This document shows positions 1 to 8,135 of a stretch of 32,000 bases of DNA, piece after piece. The DNA comes from an uncultured Actinomycetes bacterium (GTDB lineage: Bacteria > Actinomycetota > Actinomycetes > S36-B12 > CAIYMF01): contig CAWJMG010000003.1 of the NCBI GenBank assembly GCA_963843975.1, forward strand, positions 2,040,001 to 2,072,000, given 5' to 3'. Every line of letters starts with the position of its first letter. Position 1 is the first letter of the stretch. Both the position numbers and the translations under genes were made by a program. Under the pieces are notes generated by a model that did not search any database, was not told where the DNA came from, and saw nothing but the letters and a program-made list of their open reading frames with translations.

Positions 1-162
1 CTCGCCATCGCCATGGGCGGCAGCCTCACCGTCGCCTCGCAGCCCGGCCAGGGCTCGACCTTCACCGTCCGCCTGCCCCGCACCGAAGCGGCCGCAGCGG
101 CAGCAACACCGGCACCTGCACCAGCGCCCGCGCAGTCCGTCCCGTTCGCCCGCACCGCCTAG
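1..162 (+). CDS. sensor histidine kinase, C-terminal fragment (5' end lies outside the window)
   Basis: Frame 1 is open from base 1 to TAG at 160-162. The translation LAIAMGGSLTVASQPGQGSTFTVRLP looks like the end of an HATPase_c domain and is followed by an Ala/Pro-rich tail. A response-regulator gene starts 9 nt downstream. Confidence 0.7.
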   Translation, partial: LAIAMGGSLTVASQPGQGSTFTVRLPRTEAAAAAATPAPAPAPAQSVPFARTA

Positions 163-170
163 GAGTCATC

Positions 171-563
171 ATGAGCAGGATCCTGATCGTCGACGACGAG
201 TTCTCCGTCCGCGCCCTGCTGCGTGACGTCCTCGAGCTCGAGGACTACGAGGTCGTCGAGGCCGAGGACGGCCCGGCAGCCCTGGCGGCCATGGCGGAGC
301 AGCGACCCGACCTGGTGCTGCTCGACATCATGATGCCGGGCATGAGCGGCATCGACGTGCTCGCGCAGGTGCGCGCCGACGTGCGCCTGCACGACGTCCC
401 CGTCGTCCTGCTCACCGCAGCGGGCGACGACGACACCACGTGGGCCGGCTGGACGACGGGCGCGAGCCTGTACCTCAACAAGCCGTTCGACCACATGAAC
501 CTGCTCGAGTGGATCGAGCGCCTGCTCGCCGAGAACAGCCCGGCACTGCAGAGCGCCTCGTAA
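171..563 (+). CDS. single-domain response regulator (CheY-like receiver)
   Basis: 130-aa ORF with receiver hallmarks: ILIVDDE, phospho-acceptor context LVLLDIMMPGMSG, and LNKPF. An AGGAG Shine-Dalgarno sits about 8 nt upstream of the ATG. Confidence 0.9.
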   Translation: MSRILIVDDEFSVRALLRDVLELEDYEVVEAEDGPAALAAMAEQRPDLVLLDIMMPGMSGIDVLAQVRADVRLHDVPVVLLTAAGDDDTTWAGWTTGASLYLNKPFDHMNLLEWIERLLAENSPALQSAS

Positions 564-584
564 GACCGAACGGGACCACGGCGC

Positions 585-622
585 CAGAGGGCGCGCAGCC
601 GGTTGCGGCTGCGCGCCCTCTG
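585..622. terminator. perfect 17-bp stem with a 4-nt loop between convergent genes (bidirectional terminator candidate)
   Basis: CAGAGGGCGCGCAGCCG-GTTG-CGGCTGCGCGCCCTCTG, checked base by base. It lies between the response-regulator stop (563) and the aldehyde dehydrogenase stop (648). No U-tract, which is common in actinobacteria. Confidence 0.7.
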
Positions 623-647
623 CCGTGCCCGGAGCTGTGCTCGACGC

Positions 648-2087
648 CTATCCGCGGTCGGGCGAGATCTGCATGACCACGGCCTTGGGCTCGGTGAAGA
701 ACTCCCGGCTGAAGGCGCCGCCCTCGCGGCCGACGCCGGAGTCGCCAACGCCGCCGAACGGGGCGCGAAGGTCGCGGATGAAGAAGCAGTTGACCCACAC
801 CGTGCCAGCCTTGAGCGCCTCGGACACGCGGTGCGCGCGGCTGAGGTTCTCGGTGAAGAGCATGGCGTTGAGGCCGTATCGCGTGTCGTTCGCGAGCCGC
901 ACGGCCTCGGCCTCGGTGTCGAACGGGTGCACCACGACTACCGGACCGAAGATCTCCTCGGTGCAGACGCGTGCGTCGGCGGGGGCGTCGACCACGATCG
1001 TCGGACGCACGAACCATCCCTCGCCATGGCCGCCGGTGAGCACCTTGCCGCCGTCCGCCTCGATGCCGTCGAGGTAGCCGCTGACCTTGGTCCAGTGCTC
1101 CTCGCTCGCGAGCGGTCCGAACTGCGTGTCCCCGTCCTTCGGGTCGCCGATCTGCATGGCCTCGGCCGCGGCCACGAACCGCTCCACGAAGACGTCGTAG
1201 ACCTCGCGCTGGACGTAGAGGCGGCTGCCCGCGAGGCACACCTGGCCGGCGTTGCGGAAGATCGCCTGGATCGACCAGTCGACCGCGTTGTCGAGGTCGG
1301 CGTCCGCGAAGACGATGTTGGCGCCCTTGCCGCCGAGCTCGAGGCTCACGGGGCACAGCCGCTTGGCCGCGACCCCGCCGATGATGCGGCCGGTGCCCGA
1401 CTCGCCGGTGAACGTGATGCGGTCGACGTCGACGTTCTCCGTCAGCTCGGCGCCTGCAGAGTCGGGGCCGTAGCCCTGCACGACGTTGAGCACGCCGGCC
1501 GGGAAGCCCGCCTCGATCGCGAGCCGACCGAGGATCACGGCCGACACCGGGGTGTCCTCGGCCGGCTTGAGGACGACGGTGTTGCCCCACGCGAGCGCGG
1601 GAGCGACCTTCCACGTCTCGAGCATCAGCGGGAAGTTCCACGGCGCGATGGCCGAGACGACGCCGGCCGGGCCGAAGCGGCTGTAGGCGTGGTGACCGCT
1701 GTCCATCGGGTAGTTCTCCCCCGCGGTCAGGCGCGCGTGGTCCGCGAAGAACCGGAAGTTCCACGCCGACCGGGCGACGTCGTGGCGGGCCTGCGCGATG
1801 GGCTTTCCCATGTCGCGGGTGTCGGCCATGGCGAGCTCGTCCACGTGCTCGAGCATGAGGTCGGCGAGGCGGTGCATGAGCGTCTGGCGCTTCTCGTAGC
1901 CCATGCGCGGCCACGGGCCCTCGTCGAAGGCCTTCCTCGCTGCCGCGACGGCACGCGCGGCGTCGGCGCGGCCGCCGAGCGCGACGGCCGCCCACGGCTC
2001 GCGGGTGTACGGGTCGATGCTGTCCATGCGGGCGCCGTCGAGCGACTCGACCTCGACGCCGTCGATGATGTGGCCGTAGAACTCCAT
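648..2087 (-). CDS. NAD(P)-dependent aldehyde dehydrogenase (479 aa)
   Basis: This is the C-terminal 479 aa of track ORF 648..2708, starting at MEFYGHIIDG (ATG 2087). ALDH motifs present: APWNFP, VLKPAE, catalytic ELGGK and FRNAGQVCLAGSR, and EEIFGPV. GAGAGGG lies about 9 nt upstream. The upstream 207 codons of the track ORF are Arg/Gly-rich non-protein-like sequence. Confidence 0.92.
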   Translation of the reverse strand: MEFYGHIIDGVEVESLDGARMDSIDPYTREPWAAVALGGRADAARAVAAARKAFDEGPWPRMGYEKRQTLMHRLADLMLEHVDELAMADTRDMGKPIAQARHDVARSAWNFRFFADHARLTAGENYPMDSGHHAYSRFGPAGVVSAIAPWNFPLMLETWKVAPALAWGNTVVLKPAEDTPVSAVILGRLAIEAGFPAGVLNVVQGYGPDSAGAELTENVDVDRITFTGESGTGRIIGGVAAKRLCPVSLELGGKGANIVFADADLDNAVDWSIQAIFRNAGQVCLAGSRLYVQREVYDVFVERFVAAAEAMQIGDPKDGDTQFGPLASEEHWTKVSGYLDGIEADGGKVLTGGHGEGWFVRPTIVVDAPADARVCTEEIFGPVVVVHPFDTEAEAVRLANDTRYGLNAMLFTENLSRAHRVSEALKAGTVWVNCFFIRDLRAPFGGVGDSGVGREGGAFSREFFTEPKAVVMQISPDRG

Positions 2088-2209
2088 GGCGGTGAACCCT
2101 CTCGACGTCGTCCTGCGGCAGCCGGTGACCGCGGCACGGAGGCGGGCTGGGCCGACGCCGTACCTGGACGCTCCGCACGCTAGGGCGGCATGCCCGCTCA
2201 CACGCAGCA

Positions 2210-2230
2210 GCGTTCCGCGATGAGGAACGC
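2210..2230. promoter_or_regulatory. inverted repeat GCGTTCC-N7-GGAACGC between iclR and the aldehyde dehydrogenase gene
   Basis: 7-bp perfect arms at 2210-2216 and 2224-2230, 4 nt downstream of the IclR stop and 123 nt upstream of the ALDH start. It could be the iclR terminator hairpin or an IclR-type operator; the sequence alone does not decide. Confidence 0.3.
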
Positions 2231-2233
2231 CGA

Positions 2234-3037
2234 TCAGTGCGGTGGTGGGCCGTCCGGGGTGAGCATCACCTGCGAGAGCCGCTTGGCCGCCGCCGTGACG
2301 AGCCGCACCTGGCGGTCGCGCGCGTCTGCGAGCTCGGAGACCGAGCCGGTGATCGAGATCGCCGCGATGGCCACGCCGTGCAGGTCGAGCACCGGCGCCG
2401 CGACCGACGCGAGGTCGGCCATCAGCTCCTCGCGCGACGTCGCGTACCCATGGGACCGTACCTTCGCGAGCTCGGCGGCGAACGCCTTCTCGCTCGTGAT
2501 CGTGTGCGGGGTGAACGCCGGGAAGCCCGCCTCCACGCGAGCCGCGGCGGCCTCGGGGTCGTACGCGCAGATCGCCTTGCCGGACGACGTCGCGTGCAGC
2601 GGCCACCGACGGCGGAACTCGCGCATCACCTGCATGCCGCGCAGGGTCGGGAGCCGCTCGAGGAAGAGGGTGTCCGCGCCCTGCGCGATCGACAGGTGCA
2701 CCGTCCATCCGCTGAGCTCGCGCAGCTCCTCGAGCAGCGTCGTCGACCGGCGGCGCAGCTCGTTGCGCTGGAGCACGAGCTGACCGAGCTCGAAGAGGTG
2801 GATGCCGAGGCGGTACTTGCCGCTGGCCGAGTCCTGCTCGACGACGCCGCGCGAGACCAGCGTGGTCAGCAGTCGGTGAGCCGTGCTCTTCGCGACGCCG
2901 AGCCGGCGCGCGACCTCCGAGACGCCGAGCTCCTCGTCGGACACGAAGCAGTCGAGCACGTCGAGCGCGGACGCCACCGACTTCACGCCACCGGCGACCT
3001 CGGCATCGGACACGCGCCCACCGTATCCGCGAGTCAT
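2234..3037 (-). CDS. IclR family transcriptional regulator (267 aa)
   Basis: Starts at MTRGYGG (ATG 3037) within track ORF 2234..3328. N-terminal winged HTH GVSEVARRLGVAKSTAHRLLTTLV, and a C-terminal IclR effector domain (HATSSGKA, SITG). Confidence 0.9.
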   Translation of the reverse strand: MTRGYGGRVSDAEVAGGVKSVASALDVLDCFVSDEELGVSEVARRLGVAKSTAHRLLTTLVSRGVVEQDSASGKYRLGIHLFELGQLVLQRNELRRRSTTLLEELRELSGWTVHLSIAQGADTLFLERLPTLRGMQVMREFRRRWPLHATSSGKAICAYDPEAAAARVEAGFPAFTPHTITSEKAFAAELAKVRSHGYATSREELMADLASVAAPVLDLHGVAIAAISITGSVSELADARDRQVRLVTAAAKRLSQVMLTPDGPPPH

Positions 3038-3063
3038 GAGCGTGTCGGAAGCACGACGCGGGA

Positions 3064-3444
3064 TCAGCCGCGCTTCATGGCCCTCCATCGCTCGACCATC
3101 GCGTCGACGTCGACCTTGCGGGCGACGACGGGGCTGCCCTTGCCCACCTGAGGACGCCGCCAGTCGGCCGTCACCCGGGCGTTGAAGTCCTCGAGCACCG
3201 CGCGCACCGCCTGCTCGTGCGGCATGTCGGCGAGCGACTCGGGGAACCCGTCTGCCTCGCGACGCAGCGACACCGCACCGCCGAGCGACACGTCGCCCTC
3301 GCGCTCGACGAGGTTCTTCAGCCACCACTCGGGGTCGCCGCTGCGCGAGAGGTCGAGGGGCTTGCCGGCCCCCGGGAGGTTGTCGAACTCACCGCGCTCG
3401 ATCGCCTCGCGGATGGCCTTCTCGGCCAGGCTCTCCGCATCCAT
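3064..3444 (-). CDS. DUF1992 (DnaJC28-like) domain protein
   Basis: 126-aa ORF. The N-terminus AIREAIERGEFDNLPGAGKPLDL is the signature of the DUF1992 family. Confidence 0.8.
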   Translation of the reverse strand: MDAESLAEKAIREAIERGEFDNLPGAGKPLDLSRSGDPEWWLKNLVEREGDVSLGGAVSLRREADGFPESLADMPHEQAVRAVLEDFNARVTADWRRPQVGKGSPVVARKVDVDAMVERWRAMKRG

Positions 3445-3474
3445 CGCGCACCTCCGCCCCGGGGTACGTCGATG

Positions 3475-3861
3475 CTACGGACGCTCCGCTCCTACGGACA
3501 GACCAGGACGCGTGACGCCTACGTGCGCGACCACGTCCACGGAGATCTCGACGGCCGTGATGTCGCCACGGTTCTCCAACCAGTGCAGCGTGTTCCGGTC
3601 CTCGGGCCAGCCGAGCCCTGGGCCGTACTCGGTGGCGACGCCGTCCCTGTGGTCGGTGATCGTCCCCTGCAGCACGTACACGGTGCCGGGCCGACCGACA
3701 TGGTCGTGGATCGGGCCGAACACGGCTCCCGGCTCCATCGTCACCTTGCGCGTCCGGAGCACCAGCCCGTCGAGCCCGTCCACCTCAGGGCCGAGGTCGA
3801 TGGCGGCGAGGAGCTCGATCGTGACGCCGCGCGTCTCAGATGTCGCGTCGTGATCGCTCAT
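3475..3861 (-). CDS. cupin domain protein (128 aa)
   Basis: Starts at MSDHDATS (ATG 3861) within track ORF 3475..4023. Cupin-like core GAVFGPIHDHVGRPGTVYVLQGT ... LHWLENRGD. Confidence 0.72.
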   Translation of the reverse strand: MSDHDATSETRGVTIELLAAIDLGPEVDGLDGLVLRTRKVTMEPGAVFGPIHDHVGRPGTVYVLQGTITDHRDGVATEYGPGLGWPEDRNTLHWLENRGDITAVEISVDVVAHVGVTRPGLSVGAERP

Positions 3862-4052
3862 GGCTCTGCCCTCTCGACGGACGCACACCCCGGACAGGTC
3901 GGATGCTAGGACCCACCGACCGCGGGACCCGCCCATTCGGGTGACACGGGTCGACCAGCCCGCGGCGCGTCGGTTGCCGCTCGCGCTGCACCCATCTCGG
4001 CCGTGGCGTAGCGTCCGCGCCACCGGACACCACGACGAGGGGGCACGGCCGC

Positions 4053-4637
4053 ATGCGCAGAACAGTCGGTCGCGGGGTCCTGCGTGTGCTCCGGTACGGC
4101 CTCGTGGGCGAGGAGCCGCCGCAGGAGCCCGTGTCGGTGTTCGTCGCGTACCCCCACACCTCGTGGCTCGATCTCCCGCTCATGCTCGGCATCGCCTGGG
4201 CGAGCGACCTGAAGCCCGGCTTCCTGGCCAAGAAGCAGCTCTTCCGGGCGCCGTTCGGCGGGCTGCTGCGCTCGCTGGGAGGGATCGCCGTCGACCGCGC
4301 CAACCCCGGGACCCTCGTCGCCGACCTCACCGAGAGGGCTCGCAGCGGCCGTCCGCTCTCACTCGTGATCGCGCCCGAGGGCACCCAGGGCGGGCAGGGC
4401 CACTGGAAGTCCGGCTTCTACCGGATCGCGCAGGACGCCGACGTCCCCCTCGTCCTCGGGTACATCGACCTCCCGACCCGCACCTGCGGCCTGGGCCCGT
4501 CGTTCCGTCCCAGCGGCGACGTCCGCGCCGACATGGACCGGGTACGCGCGTTCTACGCCGACAAGCACGGCGCTCGGCTGATGCCCAGCGCGGTGCCGTC
4601 CCTGCGCGAGGAGCAGGACGAGCCTCCCGCGTCGTGA
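4053..4637 (+). CDS. 1-acyl-sn-glycerol-3-phosphate acyltransferase family protein (PlsC-like)
   Basis: 194-aa ORF with the acyltransferase HX4D motif (HTSWLD) and the APEGT motif. GAGGGGG lies about 10 nt upstream of the ATG. Confidence 0.85.
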   Translation: MRRTVGRGVLRVLRYGLVGEEPPQEPVSVFVAYPHTSWLDLPLMLGIAWASDLKPGFLAKKQLFRAPFGGLLRSLGGIAVDRANPGTLVADLTERARSGRPLSLVIAPEGTQGGQGHWKSGFYRIAQDADVPLVLGYIDLPTRTCGLGPSFRPSGDVRADMDRVRAFYADKHGARLMPSAVPSLREEQDEPPAS

Positions 4638-4811
4638 ACCGTCCGGGCCCGCGGTGCTGCGGCCGGCAGTCCTACGCCTTGGTCTTGCGGAGGCTCCTCG
4701 CCTCGTCCGAGGTGAGCTTCGCTATCGCGGCGGCCCGGCTGACCGGGTCGAGCTCGTCGAGCTGGTTCTGCACCGCCGAGTCAGCCGCTTGGTCGGCGGC
4801 GACCGGCGGGG

Positions 4812-5075
4812 CTACGCGTACGCATCACGCCGGTGGCGCACGTCGATGACCCGCACGACGACCCGGCCCTCGTGGATCGTGTAGACCACCCGGAACTCTC
4901 CCCGGCGAGCGGAGTAGGCGCCCTCGAGCTCATGTCGCAGCGGCTTGCCCACGCGATGCGGATTCTCGGCCAGCGCTCCGAAGATGAACTCGGCGCAGGC
5001 CGATGCCACCGCTTCCGGCAGATCGACGTCGAGCGCCCGACGCGCACGCGGCGACAGGAGGATCGAGTACGTCAC
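4812..5075 (-). CDS. type II toxin, RelE/ParE family (87 aa)
   Basis: GTG start at 5075 gives VTYSILLSPRARRALD...GKPLRHELEGAYSARRGEFRVVYTIHEGRVVVRVIDVRHRRDAY, a typical RelE/ParE fold signature. The GTG overlaps the antitoxin TGA (GTGA, 5072-5075). Confidence 0.88.
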   Translation of the reverse strand: MTYSILLSPRARRALDVDLPEAVASACAEFIFGALAENPHRVGKPLRHELEGAYSARRGEFRVVYTIHEGRVVVRVIDVRHRRDAYA

Positions 5076-5353
5076 GAACGCAGTCGACCGGAGGCCCGGA
5101 GCTCTGCCTGGACGACCTCGCCGGGAATCCATTGATCGTCCGTCAACGACTCCGCCTCGCGGATGGCGGCCATCGCCTCGGCGTCGCCCAGGATGTCGAG
5201 CGTCTCCATGAGGGAGTCGTAGTCGTCGGCGCTGAGGATGACCGCGGCGCGACGACCGTTCTTCGTCACCTCGATGCGCTCGTGCGTGCGCACAGCCTCG
5301 TCGACGAGCTTGGACAGCTGGGCCCGAGCCCCGGCCAGAGGAAGGGTCATCAT
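5072..5353 (-). CDS. type II antitoxin, Phd/YefM family (93 aa)
   Basis: MMTLPLAGARAQLSKLVDEAVRTHERIEVTKNGRRAAVILSADDYDSLMETLDIL is the canonical Phd/YefM N-terminal domain. It overlaps the toxin gene by 4 bp. Confidence 0.9.
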   Translation of the reverse strand: MMTLPLAGARAQLSKLVDEAVRTHERIEVTKNGRRAAVILSADDYDSLMETLDILGDAEAMAAIREAESLTDDQWIPGEVVQAELRASGRLRS

Positions 5354-5360
5354 GTACAGA

Positions 5361-5388
5361 ATTCTAGCGCGAATGCCCGGAAGGGCAT
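5361..5388 (-). promoter_or_regulatory. candidate leaderless promoter (-10 TAGAAT) plus a dyad (ATGCCC-N4-GGGCAT) upstream of phd-relE
   Basis: The minus strand reads GGATGCCCTTCCGGGCATTCGCGC-TAGAAT-TCTGTAC-ATG. The -10-like hexamer ends 7 nt before the start codon. The 6-bp inverted repeat (5373-5378 / 5383-5388) sits where a -35 would be. Confidence 0.45.
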
Positions 5389-5431
5389 CCAGGTCCGTTG
5401 CCAGACTCGTGCGGTCGACGACGTGCCATCG

Positions 5432-5926
5432 TCAGCCGATCAGGTAGGCCATGCCGCGGCCGTCGCTCGCAAGTCCACGGACGAAGGTGCGGGCAGTGTC
5501 GAGGTACTGGACGACGTAGTCGGCATCTCCGTCCGTCCCACCATCGCGACGCAGCCGCGCACGCACGGCGGACGACCTGATCCTGCTGAGGTCCTCATCG
5601 ATGGGCCTGATCTCGGCGGGGGTGAGGGCACGAACCCACGGAGTCCAGGAGTAGCAGTCGCTCGACATGGTGACGTGGCCCTCGAACATGCGGTACGCAG
5701 GGCGTACCGGTTCGGTGAGCGCCTGCAGCTCCCGCCACGCCTTGTCGAGATAGAGCAGGTCCCGGTCGGGGGTCGTCTGCCTGAAGGTCGCCACCGCGAG
5801 CTGCGCGTGCGGCTCGAATCCCCACGCATCGGCCAAGGGGTCGCTCGCGATGAACGCTCGCGGATCGGCCAGCACCTCGTCGGTGCGGCCAGCGTCGAAG
5901 GCGTAGCCGTAGTACCTGATTCCCAT
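5432..5926 (-). CDS. hypothetical protein, tentatively YfbM/DUF1877-like (164 aa)
   Basis: Clean 164-aa ORF. The N-terminus MGIRYYGY, an internal LYLDKAWRELQ, and the C-terminus GMAYLIG resemble E. coli YfbM as I recall it (MGMIGYF ... LDIDKRWDFL ... ALTVIVG). The family call is tentative. Confidence 0.65.
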   Translation of the reverse strand: MGIRYYGYAFDAGRTDEVLADPRAFIASDPLADAWGFEPHAQLAVATFRQTTPDRDLLYLDKAWRELQALTEPVRPAYRMFEGHVTMSSDCYSWTPWVRALTPAEIRPIDEDLSRIRSSAVRARLRRDGGTDGDADYVVQYLDTARTFVRGLASDGRGMAYLIG

Positions 5927-6029
5927 GCGGCAACCGTCGAGGCGACGCCTCGGTCAGCGCGTCAGCCACCACGTTCAACTGTGGACGGCGACCAGCTGAC
6001 CATCCTGTGGAAACACGCCACACGGTGCG

Positions 6030-7103
6030 TCAGACGTTGAAGCGGAACTCCACGACGTCGCCGTCGTGCATCACGTAGTCCTTGCCCTCCATGCGCGCCT
6101 TGCCCTTGGAGCGGGCCTCGGCGACCGAGCCACAGGCGACGAGGTCGTCGAAGGAGATGACCTCGGCCTTGATGAAGCCCTTCTGGAAGTCCGTGTGGAT
6201 GACGCCTGCGGCCTGGGGCGCGGTGTCGCCCTTGCGGATCGTCCACGCGCGCGACTCCTTGGGGCCGGCGGTGAGGTAGGTCTGCAATCCCAGGGTGTCG
6301 AACGCGACGCGGGCGAGCGTGGTGAGGCCCGACTCCTCGAGGCCGATCGACTGCAGGAGCTCGAGGGCCTCCTCGTCGTCGAGCTCGGTGAGGTCGCTCT
6401 CGGTCTTCGCGTCGAGGAACACGGCCTCGGCCGGCGCGACGAGCGCGCGGAGCTCAGCCTTGAGCGGCTCGTTCGTGAGCTCGTCGGAGTCGACGTTGAA
6501 GACGTAGAGGAACGGCTTGGCGGTGAGCAGGAAGAGCTCACGCAGCACGTCGCGGTCGAGCCCCGAGGCGAAGATCGTCGTACCCGCCGACAGCACGTCG
6601 TACGCCTTCTTCGCCGTCTCGAGGAGCTCGGTGCGGTCCTTGTTGAGCCGCGCCTCCTTCTCCAGACGCGGCAGCGCCTTCTCGACCGTCTGAAGGTCGG
6701 CGAGGATCAGCTCGGTGTTGATGATCTCGATGTCGTCCTTGGGGTCGACGCGACCTTCCACGTGGACGACGTCGGAGTCGGTGAACACGCGGATCACCTG
6801 GCAGTTCGCGTCGCACTCGCGGATGTTGGCGAGGAACTTGTTGCCGAGGCCGGCACCCTCGCTCGCGCCCTTGACGATGCCGGCGATGTCGACGAACGAG
6901 ACGCTGGCGGGCAGGATCCGCTCCGACCCGAAGATGCCCGCGAGGATCGCGAGCCGCGGGTCGGGGACGCCCACGACGCCGACGTTCGGCTCGATCGTCG
7001 CGAACGGGTAGTTCGCAGCGAGCACGTCGTTCTTGGTCAGCGCGTTGAAGAGCGTCGACTTCCCGACGTTGGGGAGTCCGACGATTCCGATAGTGAGAGC
7101 CAC
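6030..7103 (-). CDS. ychF: redox-regulated ATPase YchF (357 aa)
   Basis: GTG start at 7103. P-loop [18 protein letters not shown], a G-domain, and the TGS-like C-terminus (FIKAEVI...[18 protein letters not shown]). Confidence 0.97.
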   Translation of the reverse strand: MALTIGIVGLPNVGKSTLFNALTKNDVLAANYPFATIEPNVGVVGVPDPRLAILAGIFGSERILPASVSFVDIAGIVKGASEGAGLGNKFLANIRECDANCQVIRVFTDSDVVHVEGRVDPKDDIEIINTELILADLQTVEKALPRLEKEARLNKDRTELLETAKKAYDVLSAGTTIFASGLDRDVLRELFLLTAKPFLYVFNVDSDELTNEPLKAELRALVAPAEAVFLDAKTESDLTELDDEEALELLQSIGLEESGLTTLARVAFDTLGLQTYLTAGPKESRAWTIRKGDTAPQAAGVIHTDFQKGFIKAEVISFDDLVACGSVAEARSKGKARMEGKDYVMHDGDVVEFRFNV

Positions 7104-7148
7104 GGGCGCAGAGTCTAGGCGCCGCTCGGGGTCTCCCCGACCGCGGTG

Positions 7149-7559
7149 CTAGCGGCGCGACTCCCGCCAGGCCATCCACGCCAGGCCAGCACCCACGGCG
7201 GTGGCCGGCACCCACACGGCCCGCTCGATGCCCGACGGCGACGCCGCGTTCATCGCGATCCCGAGAGTCGAGTACGCCGCGACGCCGAGGAGCAGCCGAC
7301 GCCGCCCGACCGGACCGAGCAGGCGACCGGCAGCAACGGCCGCGACACCTGCCCACACGAGGGCCGAGACGCCGCTGGCCGCACGGAACCCGGCCGGCAG
7401 CACGCCGGCGTTCGCCCCGCCCCACGCGGCCGCTCCCCACGGGACCCCGAGCGCGAGCGCCACCTGGAAGAGCCCCACACCGCACGCGAAGACGGCGAAC
7501 GCCACGCCCCACGGACCGGTACGGGTGGTGGGCGCGGCGCTGAGCGTGTCGGTGGCCAT
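7149..7559 (-). CDS. hypothetical integral membrane protein (136 aa, about 4 TM segments)
   Basis: ORF with four hydrophobic Ala/Gly/Val/Trp-rich stretches. It is divergent from padR across a 29-bp gap. The start is uncertain; an internal GTG is possible. Confidence 0.6.
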   Translation of the reverse strand: MATDTLSAAPTTRTGPWGVAFAVFACGVGLFQVALALGVPWGAAAWGGANAGVLPAGFRAASGVSALVWAGVAAVAAGRLLGPVGRRRLLLGVAAYSTLGIAMNAASPSGIERAVWVPATAVGAGLAWMAWRESRR

Positions 7560-7562
7560 AGG

Positions 7563-7581
7563 ACATATCTAGCAGATATGT
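7563..7581. promoter_or_regulatory. 19-bp perfect palindrome ACATATCT-AGC-AGATATGT (candidate PadR operator)
   Basis: An AT-rich dyad in otherwise GC-rich DNA, occupying most of the 29-bp gap between divergent start codons (7559 and 7589). The right arm overlaps a -10-like TATGTT (7577-7582) that ends 6 nt before the padR ATG. Confidence 0.55.
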
Positions 7582-7588
7582 TGGTCTC

Positions 7589-8122
7589 ATGTCGAGGCAG
7601 CAGACCACCGAGCTCGCCGTCCTGGGGGCGCTGTCGGTGCAGCCGATGTCCGGGTACGCCGTCCGCGCCGCCATCACGGGGACGCTCGGCCACTTCTGGA
7701 GCGAGAGCTTCGGCCAGATCTACCCGACGCTCGCGCGGCTCGAGGCGGAGGCGCTCGTCGTCCGGGACGCCGACGGGAAGACCTCGGGAAGCACGTTCCG
7801 GCTCACGCCGTCCGGGCGGGCTCGGCTGGTCGACCTGCTGCACGAGCCGATCGCCGCCGCTCCCCCGCGCAACGGCACGCTGCTGCGGCTGTTCTTCGGC
7901 GGGCTCCTCGGCGCCGACGAGTGCCGGGCGATCTTGCGCGATGCGCGGGCCCGCGCCGAGCAGCAGCTCGCGGCGCTCGACGCGATCCGGCACGGGCTCG
8001 AGGCGGAGACCGCCACGGACCCCGACGCCCGCTACCGCCTCGTCACCGTGCTCGCCGGCCAGCACTCTGCCCGCGCCAGCATCGCCTGGGCCGACGAGTC
8101 GCTCGCCCTGCTCGCCGTCTGA
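7589..8122 (+). CDS. PadR family transcriptional regulator (177 aa)
   Basis: N-terminal winged HTH LAVLGALSVQPMSGYAVRAAI...GQIYPTLARLEAEALV is typical of PadR. The C-terminal helical domain matches the longer PadR subfamily. Confidence 0.9.
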   Translation: MSRQQTTELAVLGALSVQPMSGYAVRAAITGTLGHFWSESFGQIYPTLARLEAEALVVRDADGKTSGSTFRLTPSGRARLVDLLHEPIAAAPPRNGTLLRLFFGGLLGADECRAILRDARARAEQQLAALDAIRHGLEAETATDPDARYRLVTVLAGQHSARASIAWADESLALLAV

Positions 8123-8135
8123 ATCGGGCTGCCGA

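Noticed and set aside
475-2183. Long ORFs 475..2178 (-), 603..2183 (+) and others overlapping the aldehyde dehydrogenase gene
   Set aside because: Their translations are extreme Arg/Pro/Gly/Ala low-complexity sequence, typical of off-frame and antisense shadows in high-GC genomes. The ALDH frame explains the region.
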